NCBI GenBank assembly: GCA_964016885.1
Contig: OZ024755.1
Location: 12,338,001 to 12,402,000, forward strand
From: Eledone cirrhosa
Lineage: Eukaryota
DNA length: 64,000 bases
Reading direction: 5' to 3'
Shown here: positions 54,070 through 64,000 of the stretch, one piece after another
Layout of the letters: each line of letters begins with the position of its first letter
Position numbering within the stretch: the stretch's first letter is position 1
Made by a program: the position numbers and the translations under genes
Notes under the pieces: generated by a model
What the model was told of the DNA's origin: nothing
Seen by the model: only the letters and a program-made list of their open reading frames with translations
Databases searched by the model: none

Positions 54070-54252
54070 ATTATTTCTACTTTTGGCACAAGGCCAGCAA
54101 TTATCTCAGTGCATTACTGGTACTTTATTTTATCGATCCTGTCAGGATGAAAGGCAAAGTTAACCTTAGCAGGATTTGAACTCAAACCGTAAAGGGACGT
54201 AACTCTATGCTGCAAAGCATGGCGTCCAGCCCTCTACCGATACTGCCAATCC
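54070..54252 (-). mobile_element. tRNA-derived SINE, full length
   Basis: Reverse complement of the 51054 family sequence. Confidence 0.85.
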
Positions 54253-54489
54253 ACTAACTTTATTATTATTACGCTGTTGTTTGGAACATAACTTAATGAA
54301 GTTTAGTGGTGTTGTTGGTGGTGATGTAATAGTGTGTCTACTGTTATAAATACTAAAGAAATACCACCCACTACCACAGCCCGGCCCATTAACACTAAAA
54401 CTATTTGTAGTTTTATAAACATCACCATTATCTGTTACATAACTGTTGTCATCTACACCAACATTTTACTGTCAACGACATTAACTACA

Positions 54490-55020
54490 ACAACCTCTGT
54501 AACACTAAGACTATTACAGCACCACCACACTACTACCACACCACCACCACCACCACAACCTCTGTAACACTAAGACTATTACAGCACCACCACACCACTA
54601 CCACACCACCACCACAACCTCTGTAACACTAAGACTATTACAGCACCACCACACTACTACCACACCACCACCACCTCTGTAACACTAAGACTATTACAGC
54701 ACCACCACACCACTACCAATATTACTACCACCACCATCATCACAACCTCTGTAACACTAAGACTATTACAGCACCACCACACTACTACCACCACCACACC
54801 ACCACTACCACCACCACCACCTCTGTAACACTAAGACTATTACAGCATCAGCACTACCACCACACTACTACCACTACCACCACCACCATAACACTAAGAC
54901 TATTACAGCAGCAGTACTACTACCAATACCACTACTACTACCACCACCACAACACAACCTCAACGCCACTACTACTACCGCCACTACTACTGCCACCACA
55001 ACACTAAGACTATTACAGCA
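54490..55020. repeat. Minisatellite with conserved core and variable (CAC/CTA)n spacers
   Basis: ACCTCTGTAACACTAAGACTATTACAGCA, 6 full and 2 partial copies. Confidence 0.9.
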
Positions 55021-55189
55021 ACAGCACCACCACATCAACACCAATACTACCACATCAGCAGCAACATCACTACTACTACTACTACTACCACCACCAACAA
55101 CAATAAACAAACTTTCGATACACACTGCTATGACTTCAGATAAGAGACTTGGAATTTAAACATCGCATTTCCTCTCTACATCAACATAT

Positions 55190-56010
55190 AACCCACCACC
55201 TCCTCCACCTTCAGCACCACTACACCACCACCTCCACTACTACCACCTTCACCACCACCTCCACGCCACCACATCACCTCCACGCCACCACCTTCTCTAC
55301 CATACCCCCCCACATCACCTCCACCTTCACTACCAGTACCACACCATCACTACCACCTTCACCACCTCCACATCACACAATCACTACCACCTTCACCACA
55401 ACCACCTCCACATCACACAATCACTATCACCTCCACACCGCCTTCACCACAACCGCCTCACTACCACCTCCACATCACACCATCACTACTACACCGCCTT
55501 CACCACAACCACCTCACTACCACCTCCACATCACACCATCACTACCACCTCCACACCGCCTTCACAACCAACACCACATCATCTTTCACCTCCACACCAC
55601 ACCATCACCTCATCACTATCACCACCACCACACCTCAAACCCCGTCATCACCACCATCCTGACATCAACACCACAGGAGAAGGTTGGAGGGGGTGAAACC
55701 TTTAATGGAGCATAGTGACCTATTACCTCTAATATGGTGGTGTTGATGATAACAGTGATGGTGGTGATATTTATAGAGCTTGTGATATTGATGGTGGTGG
55801 TGGGGATGTTAATGACTGTGGTGGTGGTGGTGGTGATGATGGGGATGATGGAAATGATAGTTGGGGGTAGGGGGTATTGTGATGTGGAGGAGTAATGTTG
55901 ATGGTAGTGGTGGGTGATGACGGTGGTGGGGGTGTTGATGGTAGTGGTGGGGTGTTGATGGTAGTGGTGGGGTGATAGTGAGAGTGACAATAATAGTGTG
56001 GTGGGAGGTG
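55190..56010. repeat. Low-complexity (CAC)n then (GGT)n tracts
   Basis: Degenerate triplet repeats. Confidence 0.85.
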
Positions 56011-57032
56011 ATTCTTAATAGAACATACTGACCTATTAAACGAGAAAATTGAATCAACAAGGGGGCCTCTCTACGTGGTTACTAACCTATTAAAAATAGC
56101 AACCAATCAGCCTCAAATCATATACCATCTTATATAAGAAAAGGACTTTAGATTATGTAATCTCAAACTCCCGTATAACACAGGATGATCACGGCTGGAA
56201 TGCCAAATAACTGACAAGCCATTCCTTCTGTATTTTTACAATGTGGACACCAGTATGGTAGAGAGGTTAAGAAGTTCAACTCGCAATCATGAGGTCTCTG
56301 GTTCAATCCCAGTGTCTTCACCATAGCGGGTTGATCCAACCCTTGTAAATAAAATTGGGAGAGACGGAAGCTGCGTGGAAGCCCGTTAAATGATATGTAC
56401 CTGTAATTCAAAGGGACAGCGTTTCCACATATTGTCCCCCGTCAATTCGGCTTGAGAATTATGTTAAGAGTACATGTGTGTGGAATACTCAACCACTTAC
56501 ACTATTAAATACAAGATTGAGTATACTTGTTATTCAAAGGTCCAGTTCAGTCACTCTGATTCTGCCTAAGAACAGAATGCTCATCGTCGACATCGACGTA
56601 GGATCCATCACTTGCATGCTCCTACGGCGCAACTGTCTCTATTTTTTTATAATCTTCTTCGAGTGGACGCTTGAACAGTTCCATGGAGACGTAGGGGCGC
56701 CATCATATCATACGGCATCTGTTGGACAGTTAACCTAGAGGAGATTTCTTCTTTGAGAGCGAGAGAGCGAGAGAGAGAGCGAGAGAGCGAGAGAGCGAGA
56801 GAGATGTGAAGAATTTACACCAGTACATGACTGGTGCCTACTTTATTGACCTCGAAAGAATGAAATGTAGAGTCACATCTCCATTCAATGTTTGTCACGA
56901 ATTTTAATCGTACGTATAAAACGACATAAAATAAAGCCTAATATATGCAAAAGAAAATATAATTGTCACATAACTGTTAATTCATAATGTGTAATTAAAA
57001 AAAAACAACGAAAAAAAAAAGGTTTCCCATAC

Positions 57033-57154
57033 CTGGCAATTCTCGTGGGAACCCACAGATAGGCAGTGATATAAGAATGGCGTAGAGACCACTAAGAAGA
57101 AATCCGATCCACCAAGCACCAACAAATTTGGCGTTACCAGACTTCATACCAATG
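57033..57154 (-). CDS. SLCO4A1: SLCO4A1-like exon (TM6); most 5' exon found in window
   Basis: ttttcag|IGMKSGNAKFVGAWWIGFLLSG...CGFPRELP|gtatgg; the GAWW.GF and FPR.LP motifs are OATP signatures; 122 bp. Confidence 0.92.
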
Positions 57155-58583
57155 CTGAAAATATATATATATAAAGAAAAATTTACCAACGTGTTAAAAT
57201 GGTGCAGAGAAGATCAATCAATTAGATATATCGTAATAATCAACTGTTCACGACATGTGCCACGTGAAACTGCATAAGCAAGACATTCTTGGAAAATTCA
57301 AAACAACACTGGCTGTATCGCATTCAAAGATTAAAGTCTTTACTACTAGAAACTTTAAGAAAGATCTTTCAATTAGTAAAGATACTATAAACATTTTAAT
57401 TACAAACCATATGAAGCCAAATTAGCAAGATATTTTTGAAAAGACAAAAACAGCACTATGTCTGCATCGCATTCAAAATTGAAGCTTTTACTCTAATACT
57501 GCAAATAAATTTGAAAATAAGGAAGAATTTGGACGGGTTTAGTAATATAAGTAACCTTCTCATTACGAAGGTGTTCAGAATATAACTTAAAGGTTCTTAC
57601 ATAGAATTATTATGGATGGTTTTTAAACATTTCAAAATACAGTTTTGTATTGTAGAACCACGGCTAGTTTCAGGCGTCTTGGTATCAAAATGGTTTATCT
57701 GGCGCTTGGAATATAACTTAAAGGTTCTTTCATAATATCATAACGGAAGATTTTTAGATAAATATAAAATAAACAGATTGGATTATCATGGAAGAGGCGG
57801 AGTGTTAATGAAAGGGTTAAAAGTAATGCTTTCTCTTCCCTCTTGGTTGATTTGCTCACCAAATGACATATTGCTTGCAATTTCTATGATTTCTGACAAA
57901 AGATCAGTTGAGATGCAAGAAACACTCCTATTTATATGATAAGACTAGCAGAATATCCTTATTTGCCATCCAATACATCAGTGTTGTTGGCTTTACACTT
58001 ATGGAAATAAATCGATATTGCAGGAACATGTAGAGAATTTTATAAACTTGGAATAAGCCGGTTTATGTGTTTTGGTATCTGTCAGCTTGTTTGTATGTAT
58101 ATATGTATGTATGTATGAATGTATGTGTGTTTCGTTGTGTAATTGTGTGTTTGCATATACGTATTTAGTTATATGTATGCGTCTTTCTACAGTACTTATG
58201 TGATTCCACTTTTTATCACATTTTATTCCCCACAGCCACTATCACGTACAACACACACAACACAGTGTGTGTGTTAAACGGAAATGAATAAAACTAGATA
58301 AGGCCGGCATTCAGATAAATAAAGATGGAAACTATAGATAGGACTTCAATACATCATATACGTATGTGGATGTGTTTATAATATATGTTTCATAATAATA
58401 TATATAACATGTTAAACAGCAGAAAATACTGTACATCACTAAAGTTAGGTTTCCTCTACAGTGATAAAACAAAGTTCAGCTTCGACCCCCAACAAAGCTA
58501 AGGCACAATATGTTAACTTAATGTTCTGGACAGCATGAAAACCACATTAGCAAGGCATTCTTGAAAAGTACAAGACAGAACTT

Positions 58584-58616
<33 letters not shown>

Positions 58617-59507
58617 GAGGTTAACTTTGCCTTACGGTGTCGATAAAATAAAGTACCAGTAATGCACTGGGTAATTGCTGGCCTTGTGCCTAAAATAGAA
58701 ACTAATATATATATATATATATTGTTCTTGAGCAAAACATTTTATATCACGTTGCTCAAATTTACTCAGCTGTAGAAATGAAATGCGACATCACCGGTGC
58801 TAAGCTGTATCGGCCATTGCCTTTCCCTTGGACTACATCGGTGACGTGGAGAGGGGAGACTGTCATGCATGGGCGACTGCTGGTCTTCCGCAAAAAAAAA
58901 AAAAAAAAAAAAAACTTGCCTGGACTTGTGCCTGTAAGTTTCAAATCCAATGCGCATTCCCTGACCGAAAGGGGTCTTTACCCTATATATCAAAGAATAC
59001 CTCTTTCAGCACTAACACAAGGAGTAGCCACCTGACCCTCTTTCTCTAGCCTGTTGAGGCGCAATTAGGGGTGCTAAGGGGGCGCTCCGGACACAAGTAT
59101 TAAGTGTGTGTGTGTTGGAGGGGGGGATTTCTTCAAGTCTGTATGGCTTCTTGAGACACGAAAATCCTGAAGAAATGACGGAATTCTCAGGGAGATTCAG
59201 TAAATGATAATGTGAGAAAATTAGCCATTGAAATTAATGGAACAACTCATTGATTCTAGTTAAATTAACTGGTATCACGTGAAACAAAGTGTCTTGTTCA
59301 AAAAAACATCTAGCCGCCTCACCTGGAGATCGAACTCACGGCCTAATGATTATATACACACACACAAAGAAAGAGCTACTAGATAAAAGGTGTGATAAGC
59401 AGTATATATGTGTTACCTCCCTCCCTCACGATTATATATCCTGATTGACTCACGTGATATGTGAGCGCGCGCGCGTGTGTGTGTGTGTGCGTGCGCGTGT
59501 GTATGTT

Positions 59508-59539
<32 letters not shown>

Positions 59540-59555
59540 AATGTGTGCATATATA

Positions 59556-59596
<41 letters not shown>

Positions 59597-59917
59597 GTGA
59601 GTATACTCATATTCACCTTGAAATCTAGCGACTACACACCCTTAGATACCCACACCCATTAACAAAAGAAACTACGATCAGGTGAGAAGTATGGCCTGAT
59701 TACCATGGCAACGACAACAGCAGATTACAGCTGTCTCACTTCACACACCGATCTCATTTCGACTCAATTATAAACATGGACACGTACATATATTACACAT
59801 GAAGACACGTGTGTGCATATATATATATATATGTTTCCCATTATCTGTTGTGCAGTTCCCTTATAACGAGCATGACCGAAAGTAGGTGCACGTCTGTCTG
59901 TCTGTCTGTCTACGTGC

Positions 59918-59970
<53 letters not shown>

Positions 59971-60101
59971 TGGAAAGTTATATTTAAATTGTTGGGTTAA
60001 CAACGAGTAAATATTTATAACTGATATAAAAGCACTCAACAAGTATTTGGAGTATATTTATGATATTAAATAAATGGAAACTATATTTATAAAACCATAT
60101 T

Positions 60102-60167
60102 TATTTCATTATATATATTTCAGGGATATCATATTAACAATATGTTATGCCTTCTTCAGACAAAATA
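60102..60167 (-). ncRNA. Type-I hammerhead ribozyme motif (left arm of palindrome)
   Basis: Exact reverse complement of 60315-60380. Confidence 0.7.
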
Positions 60168-60314
60168 CAATATAAACAGTCTTATAAATAAATAGATACG
60201 ACATACCTTTCAATCGACTTGCATTTGGGAAGTTGATTTGGCAGATCAACTTCCCAAATGCAAGTCGATTGAAAGGTATGTCGTATCTATTTATTTATAA
60301 GACTGTTTATATTG

Positions 60315-60380
60315 TATTTTGTCTGAAGAAGGCATAACATATTGTTAATATGATATCCCTGAAATATATATAATGAAATA
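60315..60380 (+). ncRNA. Type-I hammerhead ribozyme motif (right arm of palindrome)
   Basis: TATTTTGT-CTGAAGA-[AGGCATAACATATT gtt AATATGATATCCCT]-GAAA-TATATA-T-A-ATGAAATA. Stem I 8 bp (2 GU), stem II 12/14, palindromic stem III, AUA cleavage triplet, overlapping AATAAA. Confidence 0.7.
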
Positions 60381-60469
60381 AATATGGTTTTATAAATATA
60401 GTTTCCATTTATTTAATATCATATATATACATATATATATATTCAAATGTAAAGACAGTCATATCTGAA

Positions 60470-60618
60470 TAGTTACTAAGTTCGCTTTACAATAATGGGG
60501 CTCCAAGTTCGATCCCACTGCTTGGTATCTTGGGCAAGTGTTATCTTACCATATATTTGGATTCACCCGGGACTTGCGAAGGAAACTGGACAGACGGAGA
60601 GTGTGTAGAAGCCCGCAA
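60470..60618 (+). mobile_element. CORE-like tRNA SINE, diverged (similar copy at ~56255-56390)
   Basis: gttcgatcccactgc..ggtatcttgggcaagtg...agacgga...agaagccc. Confidence 0.6.
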
Positions 60619-60750
60619 GATGGTGTGTATACATATTTCCAAGGTGAAGCCATGCCACACAATGTTACGCTGATTCTAGCTAAAGATTACGTCAATAGTA
60701 CACACGCCTGTTGATTACTCAGCTTCTTAGTCTAAAAATTGCTATGAAAT

Positions 60751-60799
<49 letters not shown>

Positions 60800-61388
60800 A
60801 AAGCTCAGAGCATATTGTTTTACAAATTTAAACGATATACTGAAAATACTTTTTCATATATCAAGTTAAAAAAACAAACTATGATATATGAAAAAGTATT
60901 TTTAGTATATCGTTTAAATTTGTAAAAAAATATGCTCTGAGCTTTAATGTTTATTGAGGTTTATTTGTTGAGTAACATAATCAATATATATATTTTATAT
61001 GTATTGATTAAACCTTATGGTATATATATGCTACAATGCTTATTATTTAAATTGTGGTTCTATTGTTATTCTTTTAAAAAAACTACCAGGATTGGAGATG
61101 TCATTTATTGTCAAGTTTCTACCAGTGATAAAAAGTTGTAATACATTTGGGGAAATTACGAAAAGATTCAACAACAGAAACATTGCGAGAGAGAGAGAGA
61201 GGCGGAGGGAGGGAGAGATAGATAGATAGAGAGAGAGAGATAGATAGATAGAGAGAGAGAGAGAGATAGAGAGAGATGAAAGCGAGACAGAGAGAGAGGG
61301 TGGCCTTTAAAGCTGGTCTTTAAAAATCGAAGATTGGAGGTACAATAAATAGTCAAAGATCTACCAACCACAAACAAGCTTTTCCAAA

Positions 61389-61423
<35 letters not shown>

Positions 61424-61761
61424 GGAAAATGTTTGACCCCGAGGGCTATTTCAATCCAGAAATAGCCGTCGAAACGGCTTGAGCTCTGCTATCGGAGTCA
61501 AACATTTTCCTATTACCCACTACTACCCCAAGTATTGAGTATCTGGTTCCTTACCACACTTCCTTCGTTATATATATATAAAACGAAGGAAGTGTGGTAA
61601 GGAACCAGATAGACCATAACCCACAGAGTACTCGATACTTAGGATAGTAGAGTGGATAATAGGAAAAGAATCAGGACCCCGACGGCTGAGCTCCGGCCGT
61701 TTCAACAGCTATATATAAGAAGGGTATTTTATACCTTTCTCTGTCGGTAATGGGGTGGCTA

Positions 61762-62300
61762 TATATAAGGAATATTAGATATCTTTCTGAGTCAAAGAAG
61801 GTACACCGGTTGTATATAAAGGTGTATTAGATATCTTTCTTAGTCAAAGAAGGTACACCGGTTGTATATAAAGGTGTATTAGATATCTTTCTTAGTCAAA
61901 GAAGGTACACCGGTTGTATATAAAGGTGTATTAGATATCTTTCTGAGTCAAAGAAGGTACACCGGTTGTATATAAAGGTGTATTAGATATCTTTCTTAGT
62001 CAAAGAAGGTACACCGGTTGTATATAAAGGTGTATTAGATAACTTTCTGAGTCAAAGAAGGTACACCGGTTGTATATAAAGGTGTATTAGATAACTTTCT
62101 GAGTCAAAGAAGGTACACCGGTTGTATATAAAGGTGTATTAGATAACTTTCTGAGTCAAAGAAGGTACACCGGTTGTATATAAAGGTGTATTAGATAACT
62201 TTCTGAGTCAAAGAAGGTACACCGGTTGTATATAAAGGGTATTAGATATCTTTCTTAGTCAAAGAAGGAGCACCGGTTGTATATAAGTATTATTAGAAAT
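61762..62300. repeat. 52-bp minisatellite, ~10 units
   Basis: GTATATAAAGGTGTATTAGATATCTTTCTTAGTCAAAGAAGGTACACCGGTT. Confidence 0.95.
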
Positions 62301-62609
62301 TTTCCATAGTCAGACATGGTGTATGAACTTTACGTGGACATTTCAATTATTTAAATAAATAAGTAATTAATATCAAACTTGACAAAATTTCCCCCTGTAG
62401 GTTTTATTAAAATATTACCAGTTGTATGGGGGAGGACCCTCCAAGTAAGTATATATGAGAGAGTGTTTAGTTAAGTAAGTTAAGCATTTGGTCCCCATGT
62501 GTCTATCTAATAAAATGTAAAAAGAAAACGACTATTTACTAGTGTTGCCAGTACAAACGTATCGTTTACTTCTTACTGATGGCATCTATGATAGGGAGAG
62601 AGGTTTGGG

Positions 62610-63880
62610 GCTTTGGGTGGTGTGGTGTTGATGGTGGTAGGGTTTATAGGGTGGTGTGGGGTTGATGGTGGTGGTGTACGTGGGGTTTGTTGGGTGGTGT
62701 GGTGGTGGAGTTTGTTGGGTGGTGTGGTGGTGGAGTTTGTTGGGTGGTGTGGTGGTGGAGTTTGTTGGGTGGTGTGTGGTGGAGTTTGTTGGGTGGTGTG
62801 GTGGTGGAGTTTGTTGGGTGGTGGTGGAGTTTGTTGGGTGGTGGTGGAGTTTGTTGGGTGGTGTGGTGTTGAGGTTGATGTGGTGTGGTGTGTTGAGGTT
62901 GATGTGGTGTGGTGTATTGATGTGGGGTTGATAGGGTGGTGTGGTGTTGATGGTGGTGGGGTTGATAGGGTGGTGTGGTGTTGGTGGTGGGGTTGATAGG
63001 GTGGTGTGGTGTTGGTGGTGGGGTTGATAGGGTGGTGGAGGTGGGGTTTGTTGGGTGGTGGGGTTTAATGGGTGGTGTGGTGTTGATGGTGGTGGGGTTT
63101 GTTGGGTGGTGGGGTGTTGATGATGGTGGGGTTGATAGGGTGGTGTGGTGTTGATGGTGGTGGGGTTTATAGTGTGGTGTGGGGTTGATGTGGTGGTGGT
63201 GGTCGGTTTATTGGGTGGTGTGGTTGATATGGCGATGCGATGGTAGGGGGCTGATGTGGTGGTGGGTTTATAGGGTGGTGTGGTTGATAGGGTAGAGTGG
63301 AGGTGGGGGTTGATATGGCGATGTGATAGTAGGGGGCTGATGAGGGGGGGCTGATGAGGGGTAGCTGTGGGGTGGTGGGTAGTGGAGGGGGTGAATATGG
63401 GGAGGGTTAATATGGTGGTGGGTTGTGTTGTGCAGTGCAGTGCTGTGGTGGTGAGGCTGAGAGGGTGGTGTGGTGGTGATGATGGGGAGTTGATATGGTG
63501 GTGGTGGTGGCACTAACTGCCTGGTAGACGTATAGGGATTGGGTGTGTGTGGGTGGGGAATATAAAGTCAGAGAGGGAAGGAGGGTTAGTGAAATATAGG
63601 GTGTTATTAAGGGGTCGAAAAACTGATTAAGAGTGTATGTGATGAGTACGTTAATGGAGCAAATGGAAAACATATTTTCAAGTGTGTGTGGTGTGGTGTG
63701 GTGTAGTGTGGTGTAGTGTGGTGAGGGTGTGGTGTAGTGTGGTGAGGGTGTGGTGAGGGTTTGGTGGGGTGTGGTGAGGGTTTGGTGGGGTGTGGTGAGG
63801 GTTTGGTGGTGTGTGGTGAGGGTTTGCTGGGGTGTGGTGGGGTGTGGTGAGAGTTTGGTGGGGTGTAGTGTGGTGTGTAT
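62610..63880. repeat. GT/GGT-rich low-complexity repeats
   Basis: ggtggtgtggtg, gagtttgttgggtg and gtggtgagggtttggtg modules. Confidence 0.9.
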
Positions 63881-63948
63881 GTGAGGGGCTACGTGCACAA
63901 AGGGAGTCAAATTGGCAGTGCTTAGAACAAAGGATAGAATACTTTACG

Positions 63949-64000
63949 GCAGGCATGTCAAACATGCGGCCCTTTACAACCACACCTGCGGCCCTTTACA
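63949..64000 (+). mobile_element. Left end of a hAT/Charlie-like MITE, truncated by the window
   Basis: CAGGCATGTCAAACATGCGGCCC terminus motif. Confidence 0.45.

Noticed and set aside
54490-55020. CRISPR array
   Set aside because: Eukaryotic intron, low-complexity related spacers, no cas genes
53604-56060. Thr/His/Pro-rich mucin-like ORFs
   Set aside because: Triplet low-complexity sequence inside an SLCO intron; no splice or domain support
59720-59762. Hammerhead-like GAGAC-AGCT-GTA on the minus strand
   Set aside because: No intact CTGAnGA or GAAA
57155-64000. Further upstream SLCO exons
   Set aside because: No OATP-like reading frame found by eye; the 5' exons probably lie beyond the window

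Overview
AT-rich, repeat-dense animal genomic DNA. The SINE, RTE and microsatellite content points to an octopus (inferred, not verified). The one supportable gene is the 3' part of an OATP/SLCO organic-anion transporter (SLCO4A1-like) on the minus strand: seven GT-AG, phase-consistent coding exons from 57154 down to the stop at 43057, about 462 aa, with the 5' exons apparently outside the window. The rest is tRNA-derived SINEs, RTE LINE remnants, hAT/piggyBac/Tc1-mariner relics, micro- and minisatellites, a 40-bp satellite with higher-order structure inside a degenerate inverted element complex, and a ~3 kb tandem duplication. The most notable pattern is several unrelated 100-370 bp inserts in (TA)n tracts that carry complete or half type-I hammerhead ribozyme motifs, often followed by AATAAA and folded back on themselves. 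One is a near-perfect 365-bp palindrome with a hammerhead on each strand. These look like Penelope-like retroelement termini. Nearly all long ORFs in the ORF track are microsatellite artefacts.
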